A stretch of DNA of 63,839 nt, filler included, from Sphacelaria rigidula (GCA_964200075.2; 11 parts of 11 records of this genome joined end to end with filler, not necessarily neighbours in it); one strand, 5' to 3'; numbered from the whole stretch's first letter, positions 37,327 to 49,499 are shown. Translations and numbers: made by a program. Notes: generated from the sequence alone by a model not told the origin.

Positions 37327-39976
37327 CGAGCTGGGCTAGCCGAAAAGCGACTTTGTAGTTTGCAGGTCCATTATACGGCCAACACCTAAGAGTTGGACCC
37401 TGAGATCTGATATGGACAATGAATAGGGCATAATAAAAAAGTACGAGTGCATACAAGTTTGTTTGTTTTTTCCATGAGTTAAGGGCATTTTACCGATATC
37501 TGAAAACCGATGATTGCCCTTAAGGCCGTTTCTTCCGGTTCGTTTCTTGTTTGGCTCGTATTTTCCAGTTTGAGGACATTTGACAATGTTCTTGACCCCC
37601 AAACAGGGAAAATCGCCACCACACGTCTTGGACACTTTGTATCACCCCACCGAGAGGGGCCTAGCCCACTTTTCCGATTCGCTTGGGTCAGAGATTTCGA
37701 GAGCGGCCTCTGGACAACAATACGAGGAAAACATATACTGCACTACTATACTGCAGTATATGTTTTCCTCGTATTTTTGTCCAGAGGCCGCTCTCTCTGA
37801 CCCAAGCGAATCGGAAGAGTGGGCTAGGCTCCTCTCGGTGCGGTATGCGGTGGAAATACCTACAGACTGTGCAGTATATTTTTCCCCCGTATTTTTGTCC
37901 AGAGGCCGCTCTCTCTGACCCAAGCGAATCGGAAAAGTGGGCTAGGCTCCCCTCGGTGGGATGATACAAAGTGTCCAAGACGTGTGGTGGAGATTTCCGC
38001 TGTTTGGGGGTCAAAAACCTTGTCAAATGCTCTACAAGTGGAAAATACGAGCCAAACAAAATACGTATAGGAAGAAACGGCCTAACTCATGGAAAAAACA
38101 AACAAACTTGTGTGCACTGGTAATTTGTTGTATTACAGTGTGTGGGGGGGGTCTCAGTAGTGCCGGTTGAACAGTGCCAACGACCTGTATTATGCCCGTA
38201 AAATCTCCGGGCAAAGCCAGAGCTCGCAGTAGTGCCGCCCGGCACTACTGGCAGATGATCCTCCGTAATGCCGGTTTGAACGGTTTTGTACCCTCAACAG
38301 TACCATTTTCCGGACACATTTACGCACGCCTTACCCCCCACCAACCAAGCACAAGTAGGGGTACAGCAGGGTACGTGCTGGTGCAGACCTTACAACTAGG
38401 GATACAATATGCCTTGTGCGGAAGGTGAACTGTGCCTGGTGCAGGCCACGACGCCAGAAGGCCGTCATGGCCATGGTTGCCAAGGGACATGTGGCTGATG
38501 TTTTCTATCGGGTAGCCCGTAGCATCTACGCCCTAGCACAGCCGCGGGAGGAGTCGTGTCTAGTTTGCTGCATCGGTGTGTTTTTTTCCGAGGTCGTTTG
38601 TTTCTCTCCTTGTCCCGGTAGCCGGTAGTAAGTGAAAAGGAGTGTGGTTCATTCTTTCTCGCTCACTCCTTTTGGTGGGCGGTGTACTCTTGCGTGAGGT
38701 TTTTTCCACACCAGATGCCGCACCTTCATAGTTGCGTTGAGTGCAGATGTGTCCTTGTTATCATTGTCGGGAAGGTCTTTTGGTATGAGCAACTTTTGTG
38801 GCCGTACTGCTGCTGTTGTGCTAGTAGGAAAGGAAATTATCAACCTGTGAACAGGATTAATCAAGCTGAATGTGGGACATCGAGTTGAGTCCTGCTACCC
38901 CGAAACCTCACGTGACGTATCCTATCGAAACCCCTTGAAACAGGTCCTCGTCCATTTTGTGCTTCCGTTGGTCCCACGAAGGGCAAGCGTAGCACTGTAC
39001 GAACGGACGGTCGTCAGTAGTGCCAGAACCGGCACTACTGAGGTATTCAAAGCCCTCAATTGCACCTGTTTTGGCACTTTTCAGAGTAGTGCCGGTGTCC
39101 GTGGTGGGCACATACCGGCCCACGTTTTGTATGGACAATGAATAGGGCCACTTACCGGCCCACGTTTGGTGTTTGTGTATTGAAACTTTGTGTGGGCCGT
39201 GGCTAGAGCATAATTGACGAAACAAGGTGGGTCAGGTTGCTTTTTTCTTTTTTTTCACTGGTTTAGGGCGTTTGGGTATGGATTCGCCACTGTTTAACGA
39301 GAACGCCCGAACCTCTCCCCTCCATAAAAAAAATTGAGGGCCCATTTTTTCTATTCAGCATACCTCTGTGGTTCTTGATCCTGAGTTTCAAATTACAATT
39401 CTAAAAATTGCGCTCAAAAATTGAGATAAGGCCCAAAAGCAGTGTTCATTTATCCTCAAAACTGCCCCAAAAACCCGAATAAAATGAAAAAGCTGTGTTT
39501 ACAAGCTTTTTTATGCACTAGCGGTTCTCCTTACTAAATTTCATAGCACAACTCTCAAAAACTGAGACGCGATATCCAGGTTCGGCTAATCTAGCGCATC
39601 TGCTCGTAATATACTGATTTTAGTATGGATATTAATGTGCGCCATATCTGAGATAGATTACGGATTAGGTGAAGGTGAGGGTATTTATCGTCTCCCCGTG
39701 CTCCAGGAAATGTCCACACCAAAATTCGTCGTCATCCGCTGAATGCATCGATCGGGATTTCATAGAGATTTAGTATTGGCGCTATCTCCGTTAGGTAGAG
39801 GAATTACTAGACATGGGGTTTATCAACGAGAAAATATGGACCCAACCTTTTGAGCATATGGGCACCTTCCCCTTGGTTAGACCATTAATACAATATGCGG
39901 ATCATGGCCCAACTCGTCCGTGTCCACGAGATGTTGCTTTGAGAGCTTAAATGCGTGTCTAGGCTGGCTCAGCCCG
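37327..39976. mobile_element. 2.65-kb TA-flanked element of the CGAGCTGGG family carrying nested repeats
   Basis: TA|CGAGCTGGGCTAGCC...GGCTGGCTCAGCCCG|TA. The right subterminal region resembles 11632-11688 and 40543-40591. Confidence 0.55.
37432..38135. mobile_element. ~700-bp foldback element
   Basis: Near-mirror arms GTGCATACAAGTTTGTTTGTTTTTTCCATGAGTTA...TAACTCATGGAAAAAACAAACAAACTTGTGTGCAC. Internal ~119-bp duplication (CGTATTTTTGTCCAGAGGCCGCTCTCTCTGACCCAAGCGAATCGGAA at 37770 and 37888). Confidence 0.8.
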
Positions 39977-40741
39977 TATCGCATCTGTGTGATTTCTTCT
40001 TGTACGATAAGTGATTATAAATGATTTCGCTCCATGTTCGGGTCATTTGTCTTTCACCACGGGAAGCGTCCGCGTGATGTGTCTGGTACAGAGCAATGTC
40101 CTGATGTCGGTGCGGTTCAAACTGTGACGACAACAAAAACAACAACTACAACGACAAACTGGGCACACGGACCGTGCTTTATCCCCAATCCACATCCCCG
40201 CGAGTATACAAACACCCATCAACATACTTTTCGCCACAAATATTGGATCCCGAGCATTGGCGGGTCATGATAATGCGAGGGGGCAAGGATCATCCCCCCG
40301 GGAGCAATGCAACGGCAGTGGCGCGCTTCTTACGCAAATCTTGTCCGGTTCAGGGGCTTTTAGCGATTGTAGGCGCAGAAGAATATGGATCAGGGTACCA
40401 CCGTTTGCAAATGACTGCGGGATGTTCATAGCATATTGGGAAATAATCCTGGTGTACTCACATATTTCATAGGCCGTGTTTTGGATTAGATTAAGGGCTC
40501 CTGACAATTCCAACCTCAGGAACAAAAAATGTGAATCCCCTACGAGCTGGGCCAGCCTAAAAACGGATTTAAGCTCTAAAAGCAATATCTCNNNNNNNNN
40601 NNNNNNNNNNNNNNNNNNNNNNNNNNNNNNNNNNNTTAATTAATTAANNNNNNNNNNNNNNNNNNNNNNNNNNNNNNNNNNNNNNNNNNNNCTCGTCCCC
40701 CCCAAACCAAGGCGGTGGGGGGGGGGGGTGCTGTGGTGTCG

Positions 40742-40773
<32 letters not shown>

Positions 40774-41813
40774 ATGGATTCGGCCTCGGCTAGAGTTGTC
40801 TCCCCATATTCCCCCTGCCGTTGACAGATATGCCCGAGTACTTGTACACTGGAGTAGAGTTCACCAACACATTATCAGCCTCTCCGTCGGACTCCCTTTC
40901 TCGCGAGTATTTATAAACGTATCGAGCATAAAAAATGTTTTTGCTGTTCGAAGCAAGGCAGCGATACGTCGTCGTTACGCCGAAACACATGGAAAAGCAG
41001 AAGAAGGGGGATCCCGTGGTGAAGAAAACAGGTGTGTCAAACTACACGCTCCCGCTGCACCCGTGAATGTGTCGGTCACTCATCTTGCCACGGTGTAAAC
41101 TGTGCGCACAGAACAGACCTGTTCCATACTTGTATCGGAGATTCATTTCCACGCTCAGCATACCACCTTTCCACAACCAAAGTAAAACGTGTGAGCAGTA
41201 TGTTGCTGTTCATCCATTTCAAGACAAAGAAAACATGCTTTTTCACACCTTCCTCCAAAGTTTCGGAGAACCGCGCGAGCGAGTGAACCCGGAGATATGC
41301 CCGAAGACGGCAGCCCGCCAAAATGTACACCCGGGCCATCGCCAGTGCGGCAGCCTGACTCAGCCTGGCTCCTGGTCGATACAGCATGTTTCTCCGGAAG
41401 ATTGGAATGTAGACCGCGTGATCGGAAAACCCTGCATTGCTTTTCAACATCCTTGTTGGTGTACGCAGATTGTTTCGTGCAAGTCTCTGCATCACCCCAC
41501 CGCGAAACAAATGCACCTCGTATGGTAAGATTACCGTGTCACAAGTGTGTTTCTGTTTTTCCCCTGTTTTCTCCTATTTGTATTCGTATTATGACGCGAA
41601 AGGTTCTTCTCTCTTCGACCCGGTCATGATTTACCGCAAACTCGCTTTCATTTGAAAGGGCACTGCCAGCACGGCCGCAACGTTGCCATGTACGGACTCA
41701 ACGTAGAGTGTGGGCACCAATCACCTTTGCTCGCCATTACTATCTTACAGAAGGCGCAGCGAGCGCCACCAGAGCTACAGCACACGAGTTGCGAGCGCCA
41801 GAAAACGACTCGC

Positions 41814-41973
41814 CTTCCGATCGATTTCACAATAGCGTAGAAGTCCCGCAGTCCCAAGAAGTCTGGAAGTTTTTGCTGCTCGTACACCGCACAGTACGCC
41901 CGTGCCATTCCTGCCAAGATATCGGGATGAGCCGCCCACCCACGAGGGTCCTCGCTATCGCGGAGGAGCATAC
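41814..41973 (-). CDS. RNF213: RNF213-like AAA+ ATPase exon (…ARAYCAVYEQQKLPDFLGLRDFYAIVKSIG)
   Basis: Matches the RNF213 motif FFGLRDYYSLIK. Phase-1 CCAG acceptor is compatible with the preceding exon. Probable GC donor AAG|GCGAGT. Confidence 0.8.
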
Positions 41974-42348
41974 CTGGTTTCAGGTGGACAAAGCGAGTAA
42001 TTATATATATATTATCTTTCGGCGGGAAGTTTGTGGTGTTCTCTCTGTCATGGATATAATTTAAGAATCGGCTGCACGATGCTGAGGTTGTTACGCAAAC
42101 AATCTGTTGTACCAGGTACCACCAGCGTGCTGGGCACCATTTTTACCGCTCTATTCTGTAGACCCCTGTAAAACGTAAAACCGCAACCACGTCGCCGTGG
42201 TGTCGATACGTGACAACCAAAACGAGTAGTTGGCATCTCAAGCAAACATGAAAACCGACATTTAGCCGTGAGTACTGTCTAATAATGCCCTGCTCCAACT
42301 ACCCCAAAGAAAAAAGCGATAATGGTAATGCATTCCACCACAGGGCAC

Positions 42349-42496
42349 CTTTCGCCGTGAGGGTGAGATCCTCTACAGTCGGCGCTGGACGATGAAGGTG
42401 AACAGCCCTGTTCATCTTGGCGGAGTCAAGCTCCCAGTTGGAGATCCCTACCACAGTTTCACCTTTTTCCGCCTCGTCCAAGATCTTGTGCAAGAC
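42349..42496 (-). CDS. RNF213: RNF213-like exon (VLHKILDE..VVGISNWELDSAKMNRAVHLHRPAP)
   Basis: GISNWxLDxAKMNR is a hallmark RNF213 sensor/Arg-finger motif. AATAG acceptor, AAG|GTGCCC donor. Confidence 0.9.
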
Positions 42497-43079
42497 CTAT
42501 TTCAATCAATAAAAATGTAGCTTTGGTTCAGCCACCATCCAAAAAAATAGCAGAGCGCTACCACTACCTTTCGCATATCCTCGTTTCGAAGTTTCTTGGC
42601 TTGCTCTACAACGTCTTCCCAATACTGCTTGTGATAGTGACGGACAGCTTGTTGCACTAGAATTCCTTTTTTACGTGTATTCTGCCCAAGCATCTTGTTT
42701 TGTTATCCCATCACACTACGTATAGATAAGTGCGATGGTTTCGCAGGCACGCGGAGATGGTGCGCGCAGAAAAGGGAAATTGACGATCAGCGGGATGACG
42801 AATAGGTATTTGTCAGGGGTATAACGTGAAAACCACAATGAGAAGGATGTCTACCCCGGGAATTAGCAGCGCAGGCGTAAAATAACTTCCCAAACGACGT
42901 GCTTCCAGTCATTCTCGAAATGTCTTCGTCGGGCAGTCGCATGGAATTTGCCTTGAAGGTCTCAAGGCATTGGTCGAGCCACGAAGTTGAGGTGCTGCTT
43001 GACACTAGGTTATTTGACTCACGCCGTGAAAGGGAACACCGTTCAGAGCTTCTTCTGCGTTCTGCGTTCGGTCACCCAC

Positions 43080-43187
43080 CTTGAGCGGAAGGTGCGGGGA
43101 TTGCTCAGCAAGACCGACCTCGTCCAGCAACACGAGTACCACCGTGTTGGGTGCCGTCTCGCGATACCTCCTGGCGAGGTTAAATGT
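43080..43187 (-). CDS. RNF213: RNF213-like exon with Walker B (VLVLLDEVGLAEQSPHLPLK)
   Basis: Matches the RNF213 motif VVVLDEVGLAEDSPxMPLK. TACAG acceptor, AAG|GTGGGT donor, 108 bp, phase 0. Confidence 0.92.
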
Positions 43188-43483
43188 CTGTATTTCGCAG
43201 CAACGGTTCATCATATTTGACGATACAAGAATACTTTCGTGGGTGCTCGATTTCCCGCATATCGGGGAAGAAGCTGGAATGTCTACGTGCGCCTACTCGT
43301 ACTGCAAGTGAATGGCATGCCTTCCCTGACACTCTACCCATCAAAGGGAGATGGCGAAGCACTTCGGAGGTCATTTCTTTTCAACGGTGTCGCGATCACG
43401 ACTCGGTTGAGAAATCTGGCGTTTTATGCCCGCATCATCAGCAAAGTATGCTCGTTCGGAGGTGAGCTCGAGAACATTCGCAC

Positions 43484-43743
43484 CTGCAGGATCCCGTGGC
43501 TAGTGCTCTGCGGCGAGCACTGGTGGGAGAACATTTCCACGGCCGGGAACGATCTCAGGAACGCATTCGAGCTTTCTCGCCCCTTCAAGCTCCTCACGAG
43601 AATGGTCACGGCCAGCGATTTTGAAGACCCAGGCTTGCCGACCACGAAGACGGAAAAGCTGTTCAGAACGCTCACTAGCAGGACGAACAGGTTTTCGCAT
43701 AGCGCTTCGTTCCGGGCCACCCCGCGCCCAAGGTCCATGTGCT
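43484..43743 (-). CDS. RNF213: RNF213-like exon with Walker A (ARNEALCENLF..VVGKPGSSKSLA..QCSPQSTSHGI)
   Basis: Matches the RNF213 motifs AxNxALxENxF, VGKPGSSKSLA and QCSPxSTxxGI. TCCAG acceptor, CAG|GTGCGA donor. Confidence 0.92.
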
Positions 43744-44824
43744 CTGGACGCACAACAAGAGTGCCGATTCAGGGGACAGAGTCAGTTCAACGATAGTAGA
43801 GGGGGCTAATATCATCCGTTGTTTGGGGTGTTTCCCTTCTAGCTTGTTCCTATAATACCCACCACCTTGAACGTGTACAGTACAGAGACTGAGCTGGAGG
43901 GGGCGGGGGAAGACTGTAAATTCCTCTCGCCCTTTCATCGTTGAGCGAGTCTTCACACAATGCACCGCGTGATACCGGTGGTGTAAACCTTTGCTTCGTG
44001 CTATCACAGACCGGCGTATGTCTCGTTACAGATGTATTGAAGTTGATAATTGAATGAATTACGCACAAAGCGAATCATGGTTGTCTGGCGCGGGGAATGG
44101 CCGAGGTCGTCACTTTCCTCACGGCACTCATATGAGAATAATGCCGAGTCATGCTACGATAAGGGGGGGGATGTTCGATGCTACGAAGAAGAGGGCTCAT
44201 ATTTGTGTCATAAAATCCACCACACTCTCGGCGTGCTTCTGTTTGGGTAAAAATGGCGTCGCGCAATATGCATGGGCGTTATTTATCGGTAATAAGTGCG
44301 TTCGAACAGCTGTTGCTGCTTTCAACGACGAGTTGAAGTGGAGTTTCGCGAAAAGCATGGCCCAAATTACCCCTTCCCCCATCGTAGTATCAATCTACCA
44401 TACAAATTCCAATCCAAGTTGGACATGGCTGTCGAGTTCCGGAGAAAGCGAGCTCGTCAAGCCAGGTGACACCCTGTGTGGCATGACAACATCTATATCG
44501 GTTTTATTTGGAAATAGGCTGCGAAGAACACCCTCGTGATTGACATGATACCACATGTGATGGGCCTTTCATTAACTTGTATCTTCATTAACTTCATTAC
44601 ATTATATACCTTCAAGCACTTGTGTAGTATGTACCTGGTGGTAACCGTTTTCGGTGGAGATGCGTAGCGCGCCCTTCAACCATTTGTTTCTGATAGATAT
44701 CCTTACCTCCCTCTGTCTATGCACCCCTGGGCCTACGAGAACATAGTTCATATTCAAGACAGCGGCTTGGATGCTAACTCTGTGTAATTGCGGCCTCCTC
44801 CGTTGCAACATACTGTATGCACAC

Positions 44825-44955
44825 CTGCCGTGTTCTTGATGATGCGGTGCACAGTGACATGGAAGTATCTCTCCGGCATGTTCAGCCACCCAGGGACATG
44901 CTGCATGGATGTGATCGCCCGACATAAATCCCTCACCAGCGTAATCCGGTCGTTC
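44825..44955 (-). CDS. RNF213: RNF213-like exon (RNDRITLVRDLCRAITSMQHVPGWLNMPERYFHVTVHRIIKNTA)
   Basis: TTACAG acceptor (phase 2) and CAG|GTGTGC donor (phase 1) bridge the flanking exons exactly in frame. Confidence 0.65.
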
Positions 44956-45129
44956 CTGTAACCCGTCAGGTCGGCCCATGATGTAGATAGCAATGCATAA
45001 AGAACACGGCATCAAATTATATCCGTCAGATTGAAGCTTACAAAGAGCTCAGTTTTACCCGTTGAGGAGTGCAACCCTATTCCCGCTGTAAGCACCGTCA
45101 CGTGGGGACCATCCTTGTCGTTCAATCTC

Positions 45130-45420
45130 CATCTAGGATATCATACCTACGTGGGATGCCCATCGGGAACATCATATTCCTGTTGGATGCTAATCTACGA
45201 TACTATTCCCACGTGGGATGTCCGTCTGGGATATGGATACCCATCTGGGATATCTATCGGAGACATTGATATCCATCTGCGACGTCCATCTGGAAGATGC
45301 ATCCGGCATATCCATCTGGGATGTGGTGAGATAGAGACTGGATATTATTCATTTTACTTTGACGCCCATATCCTGGATGCACATTCCACGCGAATATGAT
45401 ATCTCAGATGGACGTTGCAC
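45130..45420. repeat. CATCTGGGAT/GGGATG-rich degenerate repeat in RNF213-like intron
   Basis: Multiple CCATCTGGGAT/GTGGGATG motifs in both orientations. Confidence 0.55.
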
Positions 45421-45551
45421 GATGACACAAGACCGTAGAACGTCCAAAATCTCATTTGTAAAGCGTAGAGGAAACAGTAGCGTTTTTTCCGAGCTGTGCT
45501 GCGGATGACTAAAAATGAGTGGATACGACAAACATAATCTGAATGCCTCAC

Positions 45552-45650
45552 CTGTGAAGGCGGACTAGGTATGAGTATGCCAGGGCCAAGATCATTGCTT
45601 CCCTGGCTGCAGTCCTCGCCGGTCGATCATCACACCGAAAGAATCTGGCC
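45552..45650 (-). CDS. RNF213: RNF213-like exon (…AREAMILALAYSYLVRLH)
   Basis: Resembles the RNF213 helix SLxLAxGxCY. CAG|GTGAGG donor, phase 2. The 5' boundary is uncertain. Confidence 0.55.
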
Positions 45651-46503
45651 CTACTCCTCTCTCGCCAGCCGTAGTCTACGCCACCGACGACCCCTCTATG
45701 TCCATGTACCACCCACATTTTCCCGGTCCATAGAAAAACCTTGGACGGAGAGGGCGTGGGGGGTGGGTGGGAGGTGTACTCATGATCTTGCGTGCCATTG
45801 TCATTCGGCCATTGGCCTCGCATGCCTACAAAGCCGGGACAGAGCACGTCGGCTTTCCGCTGGACCAGGATCGCAACCACCACGCGCGAAGCGCTGTGAC
45901 GTGTTCGGCGAGTCGCGTGAAGGGTGCGCTATCTCCTGCTACAATTATCAGGTCCGAAGCGTACGGATTATCTTGCATATGGATGGCGACATCGAATGAG
46001 CTGCTTCATATTCCGGTGTCACCACTTCCAGCCATCTCCTTTGCGCGGAGTTCAGGTTCTCCCGCCCCACAGGATATGACGTAGCTCAACCACCGGTATG
46101 GTTACCGCGAAAAAATGCGAGCGAAAAAAAAGGACTGGTATCCTGGTTGCGTAGTTTCGCGTAGAGTGGCGTGTTGTACAGCGGCGTCATTGCCAACAGA
46201 CGCCAACGCTCAAGGTCGGCGGGAGGGGGAAGGGGGGCGTACTCATTTGTTGCTCGCTTTAGGCGTTTAACCATTGACCACGCATCCCTTTCGAGACGGA
46301 GGCGGCGGGGGGGGGGGGGGGGGGGGGGGGCCCCCATTTGTGTGTTCCTTGGGTTTTTTGCCCATGTCCCCCCCCCCCCCGTCGGGGGGGGCCCCCCGTC
46401 CTCNNNNNNNNNNNNNNNNNNNNNNNNNNNNNNNNNNNNNNNNNNNNTTAATTAATTAANNNNNNNNNNNNNNNNNNNNNNNNNNNNNNNNNNNNNNNNN
46501 NNN

Positions 46504-47736
46504 AATTCTGTCGATCTACTTCCTCCTCTTTTCGACGACTCTTGCTTGAGGGGGGGGGGGGGCGATTCAGGGTTGGGGGAGGACATCACATCCGCGCCAC
46601 TACTAAGTACTCTCACGGATAGGAAAGCAGTGCTGGGCCCAGGATGGTCGTGAGTGGGAACATCGATGGTTGTTTCACGACGGAGCTGAGACACACTGGC
46701 TTTCAGCGGAGAGGCTTTGGACAGTTTTACTGGGTTATAGTTGGACGTGTTTCATGTCTTGTGGGAATTATACCACCCGCAAACCAGGCCACGTCCATCT
46801 GATACACTATCTCGAGAAGAAAGGGACTCAATTTCTGGAGATGACGCGTTACGGCAGATTCCCCGAAGTACCAAGATTTGTGAACGGCTTTATGACAGCC
46901 AGGCACGGTCAACAAGATCATAAACTTCTCTGGACTGGATAGGATCGTTCCGCTACGGTCTTTAAATTCCCTACGTGGTCTAACCCGGCGGAGCGGTCAG
47001 CAAGATCAAGAACTTCTTCGGACTGGATAGGATCGAATCTCTACGGTCTTTAAATTTCCTACGTGGTCTAACCCGGCGGAGCGGTCAGCAAGATCAAGAA
47101 CTTCTCCGGACTGGATAGGATCGTTCCTCTACGGTCTTTAAATTCCCTACGTGTTCTGACCCGGCGGAGCCGTCAGCAAGATCAAGAACTTCTCCGGACT
47201 GGGTGGGATCGAATCTCCACGGTATTAAAATTCCCTACGTGGCCTAACCTGGCAGAGAGGTCTACAAGATCAAGGACTTGTCCGGACTGGATGGGATCGA
47301 TTCTGTATGGTGTTCGAACTCCCTACGTGGTCTGACCCGGCAGAGAGGTCTACAAGAGCGGGAGTTACCAAGACTGTTCGAAATCGTCCTGCACGGTGTT
47401 AAAACTCCCTACGTAGTGTAACCCGGCAAAATGGTTACCAAGATCGACGGCTACACGAAGCAACGTCGACTACTCGGGGAAGAGGAATATGGTGACGCGG
47501 CTATCCATCGTCGAATCACGTTCAGTCCCAGGGTTTTTTAACCCTAGGTTTGAGGGGGGTGTTATGGATCGCGGCGGAATGATGGGAGGGTAATACGAGG
47601 ATGAGCCCAGCTATTTGACTGACGGGCTAGGAGAGCTAGTTGATGTGACCTACGGGTATTCCAACTAGAGGAGAGGGAGAGTGTCCGTTTCTAACGGTTA
47701 CAGACACGCCTCCGTGCGCACCATGGTTACATAACC
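46504..47736 (+). mobile_element. 3' end of an LTR retrotransposon (probably Ty3/gypsy): decayed pol tail, 88-bp tandem array, PPT, short LTR
   Basis: Broken frame EALDSFTGL*LDVFHVLWELYHP... PPT GAGGGGGG (47552-47559) followed directly by TGTTATG (47560). Near-inverted CATAACC at 47730-47736. Confidence 0.55.
46906..47445 (+). repeat. 88-bp tandem repeat, ~6.2 copies
   Basis: Units begin at 46906, 46994, 47082, 47170, 47258, 47346 and (partial) 47432. Consensus CGGTCAGCAAGATCAAGAACTTCTCCGGACTGGATAGGATCG...CCCTACGTGGTCTAACCCGGCGGAG. Confidence 0.95.
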
Positions 47737-48503
47737 CGGCGTGACCCTTGGTTTTACTCCCTCTCTACGTGAGCAAAATGCAAAGGCACTTATCATGTGA
47801 ACATATTGAGGCATAAAAAAAACACCAAGACAAGAGAGAAATATCATCGCCTGAACCTGTGATCAAGACACCCTGACATCCAGGATGAGCTGTTCTGCGT
47901 TAAAGTGATCATCCCTTGTGCCGGATACCGTTTCTGCCATCACTCTGCGTGTTGCTGTCCGATAATGAACAACGTTTTCATGAGATTGAGAGTTGAGCGC
48001 TGCTTGAGAGTGGCGTTGATAATTCGCTACAACTTGCCCATTTTTTCATTCCGTGTGTGCTTTTCTTCACCTCCATCCCTGGCGTCTGCTTACAGCTACA
48101 CGTCGATATCCTAGCCAGGAATATCGAGGGCCTCAGTGGCAAGCTACTACGGAAGCATATTGGGCGTCGGGGAGGGGCATTTCGGAACTGAAACGATTCA
48201 TACGCTCATTGACCGCTTTTCACTCTCAATCTTATCCTCTACTCTCTATCTCACAAATAAACTGTTAATGGTGAACCAGTATATACAGTCGATGTATGCT
48301 GTACTGTACGTGAACAAATATGCCGCAGGTTTATTTGTAGTAGCTAAATTTCATGTTATACCCCGTCCTGTGATGATCTGCCATCACAGTGTTTGCGCAG
48401 TTATTATGGTAACCAACGCAATTGAGACAACAGTAAAACCGAACTAGTGCACGGACAAGCCAGAGAGGCTACTACCCAGTCTGTCCCTAACGACTTTGCC
48501 CTA

Positions 48504-49058
48504 AACACGGGATCTTACAAATTGGGTATGGATCATTTATTGGGGATGAGAAACCCGGAGAATTGAAATATTTGTATCATCACCAAATCTTCGAAACATG
48601 GTTCCATTTCTTCACCGACTGATACACGGGTGGCCACGGGGGTGCCTGCAACCTCAAATCTGGATGTTTCAGGCCTTGCACAATGTCTGTAACGTCCAAA
48701 TTTGAGGTTGTAGGCACCCCAGTGGCCACCCGTGTAGCTATTGACAACTGCTACACGCCATAAAAAATTGGATTTTGATCACCGAAACGTGGGGGTCCTA
48801 GGTGAAAAATCAATTTCGGAACCATTTTGGCGTCCATTCGGACACCCGGAATTCCCGAAAATTGTTTATTCACCTAGGACCCAACATTTCGGTGATCGAA
48901 ATCCAAATTTGTATGGCGTGTAGCAGTTGTCAACAGCTTTCAGTAGGTGAAGAAATGGAACCATATTTCGAAGATTTGGTGTGGGTACGAAGTTTTTTAT
49001 TCTCCGGGTTTCTCATGCCCAATAAAAGATCCATCCCCAATTTGTGAGATCCCCTGTT
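48504..49058. mobile_element. Foldback MITE (AACAC...TGTT family) interrupted by a 110-bp MITE
   Basis: TIR AACACGGGATCTTACAAATTGGG / CCCAATTTGTGAGATCCCCTGTT, flanks CCTA/CCTT. Confidence 0.85.
48625..48734. mobile_element. 110-bp Stowaway/Tc1-mariner-type MITE with TA TSD
   Basis: Almost fully palindromic CACGGGTGGCCAC...GTGGCCACCCGTG. TA duplicated at 48623-24 / 48735-36. Other family copies have the empty site ACTGATAGCTATTG. Confidence 0.9.
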
Positions 49059-49499
49059 CCTTGCCCGAGAGTTGTCAATCTGCCTATGGTTGGGGCTTGG
49101 GTCAGGGTTTCTTCGCGAAGGTCCGACGTGGTGTCAACCATGAACTATTTTTGACGACGAGCCCGGGTAAACCCCCCAGTATCCTCGATTATTGTTGGTA
49201 GTTGTTGGGGGGCAGCGATGGATCGCCCCATGTTATCGTGCCATTAGTTCGATAGGAGACTCCGGGAGGAAACTGGGCTTACTTACAGAAGTCGTCGTGT
49301 GTATATTGTGTGACTCGGAATGTTGGCCCGGAGCGGGGGGGTGAAACGGTGCGCGCATGACGCGGCTTTTGTCTTCTTGTCCCTTTGCTTCGTCTTTCTC
49401 GCTTGTAATAGCTTGATTATACTCGTTCCAAACTTTCACTCGTATTCACCAAATAATGGCAAGTAGCGGGATGATGCAGAAGAATGTCCTAGGTCAGAA

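Noticed and set aside
41076..41516. 146-aa ORF as the next RNF213-like exon
   Set aside because: Lacks the expected RNFxG / RxLxxxT motifs and has no phase-compatible acceptor.
45830..45945. Candidate further RNF213-like exon
   Set aside because: The region is reverse-homologous to the dispersed repeat at 17750-18050 and shows no RNF213 motif.
46906..47445. CRISPR-like array
   Set aside because: Whole 88-bp units are homologous, with no unique spacers and no cas genes, in a eukaryotic context.
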